Assembly: GCA_964291415.2 (NCBI GenBank)
Contig: OZ219920.1
Coordinates: 576,001 to 640,000 of the forward strand
Direction of reading: 5' to 3'
Length of the DNA: 64,000 nucleotides
Origin: Alphaproteobacteria bacterium
GTDB taxonomy: Bacteria; Pseudomonadota; Alphaproteobacteria; SP197
Shown here: one piece after another, positions 1 to 12,905 of the stretch
Layout of the letters: every line of letters begins with the position of its first letter
Numbering within the stretch: position 1 is the stretch's first letter
Notes under the pieces: model-generated
What the model was told of the DNA's origin: nothing
The model's database searches: none
Seen by the model: only the letters and a program-made list of their open reading frames with translations
Translations under genes and position numbers: made by a program

Positions 1-851
1 GCGGACTCCTGCTCCAGTTCATCGCCTTTCTGGCGCAGCGCGAGGCTCCGTTCATCACCGCCGCGTTGGCGCTCGAGTGGGCCAGCACGCCGCAAGGCGT
101 GCAGCAGGAATGGCGAGCGCGCCGGCTGTCGGAAGTCCGTCAGTTCGCCCGCTATGTTCACGCGCTCGATCCGCGCCACGAGATCCCGCCTCAGCGGCTC
201 CTGCCCTATCGGCGCCAGCGGCCCCAGCCCTACATCTACAGCGATAGTGAGATCGAAGATCTGATCGGCGCCGCGCGTGACCTGTCGGGACGACTCCGCC
301 CGCGGACCTGTTCGACGATGCTGGGCCTGCTGGCGGTGACCGGCATGCGCAGCGGCGAAGTGGTCCGTCTCGACCGCGACGATGTCGATCTCCGGCGCGG
401 CGTGCTGACGATCCGCGAGAGCAAGTTCGCCAAGTCGCGTGTCAACCTGTGCCATGACACAACCGTGCGCGCTTTGGTCGACTACGCTGCCTGGCGCGAT
501 GAGCTCTGTCCTCGGCCGCATTCTCCCGCCTTCTTCCTGAACCAACGCGCGAATCGGATCGACAAGGCACGCTTCCGCATGACGTTCAAGGACCTGGCGT
601 GTCAGACCGGGTTGCGCGACCCCGCGGCCTCCCGAGGGCCCCGCCTTCACGAGCGCCATACCTTCTCCGTCAGAACTCTGATCCGATGGTATCGCGACGG
701 CGTCGACATCGAGCGCCACCTGCCTCGTCTCTCCACCTGGCTCGGCCATAGCTCCATTGCCGGTTCCTACTGGTACCTTACAGCGGTCCCCGAGCTCATG
801 GCGCTTGCCGCCCGGCGTCTCGATGAACAGCAGGGGAGGCGCAGTTCATGA
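1..851 (+). CDS. Tyrosine recombinase (RIT element middle gene, RitB-like), 5'-partial
   Basis: Frame open from window start; motifs TGMRSGE (Arg), RESKFAKSR, H-x-RH, WLGH, YWYL; overlaps next recombinase by ATGA. Confidence 0.9.
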   Translation, partial: GLLLQFIAFLAQREAPFITAALALEWASTPQGVQQEWRARRLSEVRQFARYVHALDPRHEIPPQRLLPYRRQRPQPYIYSDSEIEDLIGAARDLSGRLRPRTCSTMLGLLAVTGMRSGEVVRLDRDDVDLRRGVLTIRESKFAKSRVNLCHDTTVRALVDYAAWRDELCPRPHSPAFFLNQRANRIDKARFRMTFKDLACQTGLRDPAASRGPRLHERHTFSVRTLIRWYRDGVDIERHLPRLSTWLGHSSIAGSYWYLTAVPELMALAARRLDEQQGRRSS

Positions 852-1846
852 GTGCGATCGCCGACTTCGCCAGGCTGCTGACCCTGTTCTTCTCCAGCTA
901 CCTCATGCAGCAGCGTCAGGTCAGCCCCAACACCATCGCCAGCTACCGCGACACCTTCCGGCTGCTCGTCACCTTTGCCAACAAGGTCCTCGGCAAGCCG
1001 CCGCAGGACCTGTCATTCGAGGATCTCGACGCCGACGTTATCGGCGACTTCCTCCATCATCTCGAGCACGAGCGCGGCAACGACGTCCGTACCCGCAATG
1101 CCCGCCTGGCGGCCATCCGTTCCCTGTTCGGTTATGTCGCCATGCACGAACCGCAGCATGCGGCCCTGGCTCAGCGGGTCCTGGCCATACCGACCAAACG
1201 CCATACCCGACGAGAGGTCGACTTCCTCAATCGCGCGGAGAGCGAGGCCCTCCTGCGGGCGCCGGATCAGACCAGCTGGGTCGGGCGACGCGACTACTGC
1301 TTGTTGCTGGTGGCCCTGCAGACAGGCATGCGGAGCTCAGAGATCATCGCCCTGCGCCACGCTGATGTCCGCCTTGACGACGGCGCCCACGTCCGCTGTC
1401 ACGGCAAGGGGCGCAAGGAGCGATCGATCCCGTTGCGCCGGGACTCGGTCGCGGCACTCGACGCGTGGTTCAAGGAGCGTGGCGGCGAGCCCTGTGACCC
1501 GGTCTTCCCCAACCAGCGCGGCAGACCGCTCACCCATGACAGCTTCGCCTATCTCCTGGCTCGCAACCTGGCCGCCGCGCGGTCAGGCTGCCCGTCGCTG
1601 GGAAGCAAGCGGGTGACACCCCATACCCTGCGGCACAGCGCCGCCATGGACCTGCTTCACAACGGCGTTGACCGCGCCACCATCGCCTTGTGGCTGGGCC
1701 ACGAATCCGTCGAGACCACCTACATCTATCTGCATGCCGATCGCGAATTGAAGGAGCGGGCCATGGCCAGAACCGTCCCCACCGGAGCCCCAATGCGAAG
1801 GTACGAACCCGAGGACAACGTCCTGGCGTTCCTGAACGGCTTGTGA
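848..1846 (+). CDS. Tyrosine recombinase (RIT element last gene, RitC-like)
   Basis: SPNTIASYRDTF N-terminus, TGMRSSE, HGKGRKER, HTLRHS, LGHE, TYIY catalytic Tyr. Confidence 0.93.
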   Translation: MSAIADFARLLTLFFSSYLMQQRQVSPNTIASYRDTFRLLVTFANKVLGKPPQDLSFEDLDADVIGDFLHHLEHERGNDVRTRNARLAAIRSLFGYVAMHEPQHAALAQRVLAIPTKRHTRREVDFLNRAESEALLRAPDQTSWVGRRDYCLLLVALQTGMRSSEIIALRHADVRLDDGAHVRCHGKGRKERSIPLRRDSVAALDAWFKERGGEPCDPVFPNQRGRPLTHDSFAYLLARNLAAARSGCPSLGSKRVTPHTLRHSAAMDLLHNGVDRATIALWLGHESVETTYIYLHADRELKERAMARTVPTGAPMRRYEPEDNVLAFLNGL

Positions 1847-1929
1847 TTATCCCGGCATCAAGCGCACAATGTCCGCAGAAATCCACAGGTTGTGGAATGA
1901 CTCCGGAATAATCCGGTGTCCGGGATAGT

Positions 1930-1959
1930 CATCTTTATTCCAGATCTGGAATAAAGATG
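1930..1959. repeat. Perfect 30-bp palindrome CATCTTTATTCCAGA|TCTGGAATAAAGATG
   Basis: Read directly from the sequence. Confidence 0.95.
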
Positions 1960-3225
1960 GTTCGTGTCGATGGGCACGTCGGGATCCTGGAGGCAGATCT
2001 CGAGGCCGCTCTTATGTGGTTGCGGGCGTAGCCGATGGCCTTGAGCAGGGGATCCTGCGGCGGGCGCGTCATGTCATCAGCCATGGCATCGCACCATCGC
2101 CAGAAGGCCTCGACGATCGGCCGGGAATGCTCCCGGCGCCAGAGAAGCTTCTCCCGGCCGCCGAGCTTCTCACTGCGGATCTTCTCCTCCTCCGCATAGA
2201 GATCGCCGATGAGGTCGAGGGCCTCGTCGCAGCGCACCGGATCGAGATCCCGGATCTTCGCAAACTCACGCCTGGCGTGACTCCAGCGGCTGGCGTGGAC
2301 CACCGCCTCCCCGCGGGCCTTCGCATAGGCGTCGTAGCCCTGGTAGCCGTCGCTGAGAAGGGTGCCCGAGAAGTCCCCGAGGAATGCCTCGACATGGCGG
2401 TGTTCCCGGGACGGGGCATAGTGGAAGACGATCTCGTCGCGATCGCCGAAGATCGGCCAGAAAAAGGCCTGGCGCATCTTCCCCGGACCGGTCCTGCCGG
2501 CCTTGATCGAGGTCTCGTCCATGGCCAGAACGGCGCTCTCCAGAACCGATCGGCACTGCGCCTCGAAGATCGGCTCGAGCAACGCCGTCGTTCTCAACAT
2601 CCACGAGGTCAGGCTGGCACGGCTGAGCGTCACTCCCGCTGCCTGCAGGCGCTGGTGCTGGCGATGCAGCGGCAGGTGCCAGACAAGCTTGTCGACGATC
2701 ATCCCCGCCAGGAAGCTGACATCCGCACAGCTGCGCTCAAGAACCGCAGCCGGCGCCGATGCCGCCATCATCTCGCCGGTGTCCCGGCGCTTGAAGGTCT
2801 CGCTCACGTAGCGCAGCACCACCCATGAGCCCGGCTCCTGGGCCAAGCGGTGGGTCACCTTCTCGCCCACCTTCACCCGATCACCTTCTGGGATCGCCTC
2901 GGCCTCGGGGTTGGCAACATGGATCGTCTTCACCGGCACCGTGTCGTCGAACCGCAGGCCTTCCTCGTTGACACAGCCTTCGCGACTCTTACGCCGCCGC
3001 TTCCGCCGCACCACCTCTTTGACTTCCGCGCCCTTGCCGGCCGCGGACGCCTCGCCGAAGAGGTTGCCCATCTCGGATGGGTCCGCCATCAGACGCCGTT
3101 CCGAGGTCGCGCCGAAGATCTGCTTCCTGAACCAGGTCAGCGTCTGCCTGAGCGACGCGACCTCCTCAGCGTCGCTCGGCGTTCTCCTGTTCCAGGGCGG
3201 CGATCGTGTGAGAGGCAACTGCCAT
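1960..3225 (-). pseudogene. tnpC: IS66 transposase TnpC, frameshifted and truncated
   Basis: HLPLHRQ, AMDET, LSDGYQGY, WSHARR motifs; frameshifts near 3170 and 2010; alternate frame ends DPDVPIDTNHL at the RIT junction. Confidence 0.88.
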
Positions 3226-3315
3226 CGAGGACCACATGTCCTTGTAGAGACCGTGGATGGTCCCTACCGTCGGGTGTGGTTCATGTCAAGGAGAACCATC
3301 TGGAGTCATGGGTCT

Positions 3316-3666
3316 TCATGGCTCTCCGGTCCAGCGCCGGCGGCGGCCCGTCACGCGGATCTCCAGGCCATCCACAAGAGCATGGAACTCCGCCCGCGAC
3401 AGCACCCGCTTGTCCGATCTGCCACAACTCAGGGAGGCGAAGAGCCCCTTCTCAAGACGCTTGGCCCAGATGCAGAACCCGCCCGCCTCGAAGCACAGCA
3501 CCTTGCACAGTGTCCGCCGGCGGTTGATGAAGACGTACCAGCGGCCCGACAGGGGATCGTCCCCGAGGTGCTGCCTCACCAGGGCCTGCAGGCCATCAAA
3601 GGACTTGCGCATGTCGACGGGATCGCGGGCAAGCCACACACCGCCCCGCGGCCAGCCACCCAGCAT
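3316..3666 (-). CDS. tnpB: IS66 accessory protein TnpB
   Basis: PVDMRKSFDGL...FINRRRT...KRLEKGLF signature. Confidence 0.93.
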   Translation of the reverse strand: MLGGWPRGGVWLARDPVDMRKSFDGLQALVRQHLGDDPLSGRWYVFINRRRTLCKVLCFEAGGFCIWAKRLEKGLFASLSCGRSDKRVLSRAEFHALVDGLEIRVTGRRRRWTGEP

Positions 3667-3926
3667 CAGGACTTCCGCAGGCGCAGGACCGTGCCGTCGT
3701 CAAAAGCCAGTTCGACATCCCAGGCCGCCGCCTCCGGAGGCGTCACCTCGACAAAGGTCGTCTCCTGCTTGAGCCGCCAGTAGCGCAACGAACTGCACGA
3801 GATGCCGTGCAGGCGACAGAACTCGGCCTGGGTGCCGAGGAAGCGCTCGTACTCTTCGCAGATCTCGCGCCATCGGGCCGCACCCTTCCTCGGCGACCGT
3901 GAGCGAACAACATCGGAAACCGACAT
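3666..3926 (-). CDS. tnpA: IS66 accessory protein TnpA (HTH)
   Basis: QAEFCRLHGIS..SLRYWR..FVEV pattern; position upstream of tnpB; start uncertain. Confidence 0.85.
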   Translation of the reverse strand: MSVSDVVRSRSPRKGAARWREICEEYERFLGTQAEFCRLHGISCSSLRYWRLKQETTFVEVTPPEAAAWDVELAFDDGTVLRLRKS

Positions 3927-4840
3927 GACAATCTCCCTTCGCGCGTGACAAAACGCCAAGGGATAGCGCGAGTCATCACAGCCTCAAGGCCGTCCTGGAA
4001 TGTCCGGTTACCCCGGGACGGCACCGACCCGGGGGTGCATCCGGCGGCCTGACAGCCGGCCACAGTGAAGCGTGAGTGCTCGAGGCAGGTTTCCATCGGC
4101 GCGGGCGAACTGTGCGCCGTCACCGTCTCCATCGACTACAGGTGGGCCGGCGACGGGGTTCCGAATTCCGGTTCCTTGAATTCCTGTCGGATCAGGGCGG
4201 TTCCGGGCCAGAAGATCTCTTTCTCTGCTCAGCGAGCAATGTGCTCCAATTCCGATGAATTCGGCAGTGCCGTTTTCAAGAGAGCAACCATGTCAAATAT
4301 GCCGCACTTTAGTTCGCCCAGCTTCGACCATCAGCGGGTTGGCTTGTGATGGCAAATGGTCAGGCTTGCACAATCCACCTGACCGGAGAAGGAGTGCCGC
4401 GATGACCGCCAACGACTTGACGACCCTATCGACCCCAGTTGGAGACGAGTTCCGACAGCGAATCTTCTTCTCGAGATGATCTAGTTTGCGGCCTGGGCGC
4501 GCCTTATGGTCCTGGAAGTGGAGGGGCTGACTGGTGCCGCGTGTGGATTGGCGTGTCGATGCTGCTCACAGCCAGCGTCGCCAGTAGTCCGGCTGCGGCG
4601 CAGTTCACGGGCATGATGCTCGACTCTTCCTGCCAATGGCGGAGAATGGCGCGCGAGGGTCGCGAATCCCGGCCGACAGCCGACTTCCGCGAGTCGTGTG
4701 AATGCCAGGCCATCGTCGGCATCGTGTTCCCGGCGACATTGCGCGGACCGACCCCAAAAAACTTGCAAATGACGCCTGGCCGATGCGCGAGGCTGCCGGT
4801 CCTTTCGGCACCAACCCATGTTCCGAGCGACGAATTGAAT

Positions 4841-5989
4841 TCAGGGTCCGAGATCGGGACCCCCGTCAAGCGAGAGCACCTCCCGCACGAGGTCGGTCTG
4901 CCGGGAGATGCCGCGTTTCTCGAATATCTGCCGCACGTGCCAGCGGACGGTCCGCTCCGAGCGGCCGGTGGTCGTGGCAATGTTGCGGACGGTCCTGCCT
5001 TCGGCCAGCAGTACCGCCACGCGGCTTTCCGCCGGTGTCAGGCCGAGGGCCGCCGCTGCCATGAGCGGATCGATGACTTTCGGCTCCTGATCGATGACCA
5101 GAACGAGTGCGGCGACGCGCCAGGGGCGGAAGTCGATCTCACCGGCGCCGACAGGATTGATGTGCACCGAGAGCCCGGGCAGACGGTTCGGGCGGCCGAC
5201 CATGAGCGAACCGCCCGCACCCTGTTCGGTCCGAGTTGGCAGCGCGCGCGCCAGCGCTGCCTGGAGCGCGTTGTCGTCGACGGGCAGTCGGGCATGGAGA
5301 CTGCCGGCCCGGTCAAGGAGCGCATCGCCCTTCCTGAGAATTCTTCTCGCGTGTTCGTTCGTCGCGACGATCCGTCCGCGACCGTCGAGATGGACGATAG
5401 CCAGGCCTCTCGTCTCCAGCAGGCCGGTGAGGGATACTCCCAGCGCCTTGGCGTCACGGAGCACCTGCCGGACAACTACGTATTGGCGAATGTGGGGCAG
5501 CAGCGCCCGAATTGCCTCGATCTGATCAAACGACCAGCCGTCCCCATCGACGGGATCGGCCGAACTCCAGGTAATGCGCGATCCGTTCGGCCCATCCATG
5601 CGCACGATGACGCCGTCGTGGTACTCGTTCTTGGGCAGAATTTCATTATAGGTCGCCGACGTCTTCATTTCCTCCTTGGTGTACAGGCTGGCGACGTGGA
5701 CTACCTCGCTGTCGGGCAGGCGAAACACCCGCGGTACCTTCTCGTCCTGCGGGTAGTAGACATCGAAGTATTCACACTCCAGGGTGTAGTGGCGCTCGCC
5801 TCGCAGATAGAGCCGGGCCAGGTAGATTTCCGCTTCGTCCTGGGATTGCCCGCGAGCGAAGGTCAGCATGTTGCCCTTGATCCGGCAGACCTCGTCGATG
5901 AGGGCGGAGCATGGCGGCCAGAGTGTGTCGTCAAGCACGGCATCGTGCAGCATCGCCAGGATGCGATCGAACGTTGTTCTGTCGCTCAT
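4841..5989 (-). CDS. LuxR-type HTH transcriptional regulator with PAS-like region
   Basis: C-terminal GLTPAESRVAVLLAEG...TVRWHVRQIFEKRGISRQTDLV. Confidence 0.88.
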   Translation of the reverse strand: MSDRTTFDRILAMLHDAVLDDTLWPPCSALIDEVCRIKGNMLTFARGQSQDEAEIYLARLYLRGERHYTLECEYFDVYYPQDEKVPRVFRLPDSEVVHVASLYTKEEMKTSATYNEILPKNEYHDGVIVRMDGPNGSRITWSSADPVDGDGWSFDQIEAIRALLPHIRQYVVVRQVLRDAKALGVSLTGLLETRGLAIVHLDGRGRIVATNEHARRILRKGDALLDRAGSLHARLPVDDNALQAALARALPTRTEQGAGGSLMVGRPNRLPGLSVHINPVGAGEIDFRPWRVAALVLVIDQEPKVIDPLMAAAALGLTPAESRVAVLLAEGRTVRNIATTTGRSERTVRWHVRQIFEKRGISRQTDLVREVLSLDGGPDLGP

Positions 5990-6235
5990 GGCGGCGCCAT
6001 CACCGCGACTTGCGCCGGGCAGGCAATCCGTGGACCAGGTGGGACGCTTGAATCAGATGAGCGAGCCGGTTGAAAGACACTCAAGCCTGGCCGGTCGCCG
6101 ACGGTCGCTTCGGTTCTGCCGGTGAACTCATTCCAATGCAGGAAAGCGGACATTCTGTCTGACGCTCAATCCGGTGATTCAAACCCAGCTAATTTCAATC
6201 TCCATCAGCAAGAGTAGGCGGTCCGGGTTCCGGTG

Positions 6236-6256
6236 ACCCCCCAATTTGAGGGGGGT
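6236..6256. promoter_or_regulatory. Candidate operator (inverted repeat ACCCCCC-AATTTGA-GGGGGGT)
   Basis: Dyad in the intergenic region between the divergent LuxR-type gene and receptor remnant; function inferred. Confidence 0.4.
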
Positions 6257-6468
6257 GTGTGAGAACATCTGAAAACTTGGCCCAAGGGAGTTGCAGGAAC
6301 ACCAGATCGAGCGCGGCACGCGGTCCGCTCACATGTCAATTCGGGTTCCTTGTCCTCTCCCGCAGATTGGCACGTTCGCCTTGCGGGATTTCCGCCTCGC
6401 ACCCGCAATGTTGCAGGGGCGGTGGGGCTCTCGATCGTCTACTCCTCCCGACGGGAAGGAGGCTGGTG

Positions 6469-7000
6469 ATGACGCGAATGAGAAGAGTCCTCTCGACGAC
6501 ACTGCACTCTTGTCGGCGCTGGCCGGAACGGCGTCGCTAGGTCAGTCGAGTTGGCGACCGCCACCAAGCGCGATTCGATCGTCCGGGAGGCACCCTTCTG
6601 CGTGAAGGTCCTGTCCGAGGCGGAGGTCCGGCGCCTGAACATTCCGATCATCGAAGATCAATCCCTCGGCGTGCCCGGGCTGTCGATACAGAACCCCGGA
6701 CCCGGACAGAGCGTCTTCGCCATCCGTGGTGTCTCCTCCGGGCAGATCGCGCTCGATCAGCCGGCAACCGCTGGCCAGTCGGGATGCGAGCGCCTTGGCG
6801 GGCAGTGTGGGCGTGGGCCTCAGGTCGGCAGACGAAGCTGTCTGGTTGCCTTCCAGCCTGCGCGAAGCCACCGAGACCGAGCAGATGACGCACGAACTGC
6901 GCCTTGTCTCCGATGAAGGCGGTGACGACCGGCGGCTCGTCGGTGCGTTCTTCTCCAGCGCGGAACGCGACCATTCGCGGAGGTTTCCCATCCCGGGCCG
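6469..7000 (+). pseudogene. Heavily deleted TonB-dependent receptor remnant
   Basis: Plug-like fragments ATKRDSIVREAPF and VPGLSIQNPGPGQSVFAIRGVSS; barrel-like EQMTHELRLVSD in another frame; boundaries approximate. Confidence 0.6.
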
Positions 7001-7263
7001 GAATTCACTCCATGGGAGTTCCGGCGATCTCTCGACACATCCGCGGCGCAAGGACGCTCCGGTCGTGAAGCCCGGTGCAACGACTGTAGCCGTCGGGGCG
7101 TGGGCACGGACCGCGCTCAGCGCCTCGGCACGGAGCTGCATCGGCCATGCCTCGCAATCCAACGCCAATGGCGCTGTCGTAGCGGTCCGGGGCCGCTGTT
7201 GCGAGACCATGAGTGTGAACATCTGCCTGGTGTGCCAGGAGACCATCACAGAGGACAGGAAGC

Positions 7264-7884
7264 ATGAACGACGATAGCAGCAGCGGTGTGGTCAATCCGG
7301 ACGCGAAGAGCGCAAGCGCCTATCCGGCGGACGGACCAGTCGAGGTCCTGGGCTTCGCCTATAGCGATGATCTCTATCTCACTCGCGGGATCGAAGCGGT
7401 CCAGATGCGTGGTGACGAGGAAGATGCGGACTACATCGTCGCTCGACGCTACTGCTCACAAGTCAGGCTCCGGCTGCCGAGCGGTGAAGAGTGCACGTTT
7501 CCGATCGAGGTTCCGTGCGGTCTGTTGACGGACCTTTCCTCGGTTCCGCGGTGGGGTCGCTGGTTCTTGGGCAAGGTCGGGGCCCATCTCGAGGCAAGCA
7601 TCGTGCACGACTGGCTCTACGTTGCATGGCAGCACGAAGTTGCGTGGCAAGGTGAGAACAGGCCTCCCAGGTGGATGCGCAGGTTCGCCGATGACGTCTT
7701 TCTCGCAGCGATGAAGGAAGCCGGTGTCGGCCGGCTCAAGAGATCGATCGCCCATGCCGCGGTGTGCAGGTTGGGCCATGGCAGCTTCTACAAGAAAAAC
7801 AAGGCAACCGTTCGGTGTGTATGGGATATCTCAAGGAACGGCGACGCGAACTGCCTGGGCCAGAAGCCGGTGCCCGACCCTTGA
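7264..7884 (+). CDS. DUF1353-family protein
   Basis: TDLSSVPR...ASIVHDWLY...ADDVFLAAM...GV motif pattern. Confidence 0.82.
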   Translation: MNDDSSSGVVNPDAKSASAYPADGPVEVLGFAYSDDLYLTRGIEAVQMRGDEEDADYIVARRYCSQVRLRLPSGEECTFPIEVPCGLLTDLSSVPRWGRWFLGKVGAHLEASIVHDWLYVAWQHEVAWQGENRPPRWMRRFADDVFLAAMKEAGVGRLKRSIAHAAVCRLGHGSFYKKNKATVRCVWDISRNGDANCLGQKPVPDP

Positions 7885-8147
7885 TCGTCTGGCTGCTATC
7901 GCCCGTCATCAAGCGCTACCCCCATAATCGTATACAAAACTCCGCACCAAGTGCCGAGTTAGCCGGAACTTCATCGACCCTCAAGTGACCTAACTCGCTG
8001 GATTGGTTGATCAATCGGCGTGATTGGGGGTGTGCAAACTGGCAATGTGTTCCCATAACATTTGGCGGACATGTTGGGGGTCAGGGGTGTTGACAGGTGA
8101 CATATGGGGGGCTAGTGTCTGCATGATGTTCCCATAACGGATGCCCC

Positions 8148-8930
8148 ATGGCCTTCAACATCGAACGCGTCCCCAACCAGGCCGGCAAGCCCGCCGTGCT
8201 CTTGAGACAGGCCTGGCGCGAGGGATCCCGAATCAAGAAGAAGACCATCGCCAACCTCTCCATGCTCCCCGATCATGTCGTCGAGGGCTTCCGCACCGTG
8301 CTCAAGGGCGGTGTCGCCGTCGATGAGCTCGGCGCTCTCATGACCGTCGAGCGCTCGCTCGCCCACGGCCATGTCATGGCCGTGCTCGGGACCTGCCGCC
8401 GGCTCGGCCTCGAGCGCCTGCTGCACCGCCATGACAGCCGCCAGCGGCAACTGGCCCTGGCCGCCGTCGCCGCCCGGGTGCTCAGCCCGGACTCCAAGCT
8501 CGCCACCGCCCGCAGGCTGTCGCCGGAGACCGCCACCAGCAGCCTCGGGCCGATGCTCTGTCTGGGGCCGGTGAGCGGCAACGAGATGCTGGCCATGCTC
8601 GACTGGCTGCTCTCCCGCCAGCGCTGGATCGAACGGGTCCTGGCGCGGCGCCACCTGGAGGATGCCACCCTCATCCTCTACGACGTGTCGAGCTCGTACC
8701 TCGAGGGCCGGGCGTGCCCCCTGGCCGCCTTCGGTCACAACCGCGACGGCAAGAGGGGCAAGCAGCAGATCGTGTTCGGCCTGTTGTGCAGTTCACAGGG
8801 CTGTCCCATTGCGGTGGAGGTGTTTGCCGGCAACACCGCGGACCCGGCGACCCTGGCCTCCTGGATCGCCAGGATCCGGCAGCGCTTCGGCATGGCCCGC
8901 GTCGCCCTGGTGGGCGACCGCGGCATGATC
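8148..8930 (+). pseudogene. IS1634-family transposase, 3'-truncated by IS21
   Basis: LYDVSSSYLEG, GHNRDGKRGKQQI, VFAGNTAD, VGDRGMI, then breaks at the IS21 end. Confidence 0.88.
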
Positions 8931-9139
8931 TGTAGCGCGACGATCTGGATGAGAGCCGCGCGTCAATCAGGATGAGATTCCCGGCGGCAGCGGCGAAGGG
9001 ATGATTCCCGTGCCTGGTGGCGATTGCAAGCGTGTTTTTGGTTTGATTGTCGCGGCGCGACAGACAGCGCGACATGGGTGTTGCTGGTGTGGTTGGAGAA
9101 GACCGGCCCGCGGAGGTGATCGCCGCGGGCCGTGAGGGT

Positions 9140-11559
<2,420 letters not shown>

Positions 11560-11604
11560 TCATCCTGATTGACGCGGGAGTCTCATCCTGATTGTCGCGC
11601 CGCA

Positions 11605-11935
11605 CCCGCTGGAAGAAGCCCTTGAAGGCATGATCGAGGCGCTTGAGCGTCCCGCGCTGAATGGCCACCGGCACCGCCGCCATGTCCGGCAGCGCCTTGC
11701 GGCAAAGGGTCAGGGACTTCGCCTGATCGAAGTAGGTGAGTGACGTGCCGGTCTTGCGGTAGCAGTCGATCCGTTCTTCCAGCGCCGCGTTGTAGAGACA
11801 GCGCTGCGCGTCGAGCATGGCCTCCAGCTGCCGCCAGGTGCTGCGCTTCTCGGGCAGCAGGCGAAAGGTGATCTGTCGATAGGTGACAGAGGAAGACACG
11901 CGAGGACTCCGGTATTGCGAGCACTGATTTACCAC
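11605..11935 (-). pseudogene. tnpB: N-terminal fragment of IS200/IS605 TnpB (RNA-guided endonuclease family)
   Basis: TFRLLP...RCLYNAALEER...LKRLDHAFKGFF; cut by the IS21 end; no RuvC domain left. Confidence 0.8.
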
Positions 11936-12177
11936 ACGAATTCATATCGATAACACCATTGGATGTCAAGTCGATTCTGTCAAGTTGCGTATATAATCCC
12001 CTTTGCATTCCTTCCCGGCGGCCGGCCATCGCTGCATCGGGCTCCGGTGATCGCTCGCGAGTTCTCTTCCCGCAACCTCGTGAATCGCGGCGCGCGTGAG
12101 ATCTCCCGGCGGTCCGGCATTGACATGCGGCTTGCCTCGAGATCATGCCGCCTGCAAGCGAACCGGGAGGGGATGAC

Positions 12178-12830
12178 ATGAAGACGAAGGCTGCAGCGCG
12201 ATGCATCGCGCTCGCTTGAGGGCCCTCTGCCATGCGACGGGCGCGGTGTGATCGCCTCTCCTGCGGTTTCCCCTTCCACGCAACCCTGGGAAGCGGTTCA
12301 GCGTCTGGTGCGACCGGGCCGGAACGCGTTGGCACCGTTCGCACCGTGTGGCACGCACCTTGCTTGTATCGGGGCGGTCGTCGGCGGCATCGCTCTCGCA
12401 GTGCTGGTCGCGCCGCGCAGGCCGGAGGCCGCCAGGAAGGTCCACAGCCACGGTCTGGATTTTCGGCCGATCCTGCGCTTGCGCAAGGCGATGAACTTCA
12501 TCGTCGGTCATGCTGGCCACGGGACAGAGCTCTTCGTCATGCGTTTCTGGATCGTGGGGTGTCTCGTGTTCTGTCTTGGCACCGGCGCCGAATTCGAGCT
12601 CGGCGCCACGCTGCTTGCCAACTTGACCGCCACCGTCGCGTTGGTATCGAGTATCGGCGGTGCGGAGCTGGCATTGCGCGTTGGCCGCGTTCGCCTGGTG
12701 ACCGGGGCGATGTTGTCCACGTTCGCGAACAGCGTCATCGTCGGGTTCTCGTCGATCCTGCCCTTTGCCGTGGCCGTGCTCTGTCTGCTTTGTACCATGG
12801 CGATCCAGGCCGATTCGGGCGGCCCTCGCC
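12178..12830 (+). pseudogene. MFS transporter remnant
   Basis: Hydrophobic fragments GHAGHGTELFVMRFW and MAIQADSG; early stop; boundaries approximate. Confidence 0.55.
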
Positions 12831-12905
12831 GCCGCGCCGCAGAGAGGTCAGGAGGTGTGCGGCCTGGAACGAGAGAACTCCGGACCCAGCCGGTGGACCG
12901 GTGTT

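Larger units (their letters stand above)
1..1959 (+). mobile_element. Right part of a RIT element
   Basis: Two overlapping tyrosine recombinases, then repeated motif CCGG(G/A)ATA(A/G)TC (1845-1855 inverted, 1903-1913, 1920-1930) and a palindrome; abuts a truncated IS66 tnpC. Confidence 0.8.
1960..4011 (-). mobile_element. IS66 family element, interrupted
   Basis: tnpA-tnpB-tnpC order; left end reads GTAACCGGACATTCCAGGACGG on the minus strand from 4011 (GTAA start is typical of IS66). Confidence 0.85.

Noticed and set aside
4439-6073. 544-aa ORF on +
   Set aside because: Antisense to the clear LuxR-type regulator
7930-8140. IS1634 left end and repeated TGTTCCCATAAC
   Set aside because: The 12-mer occurs twice and probably belongs to the IS end, but without the right end the terminus cannot be fixed
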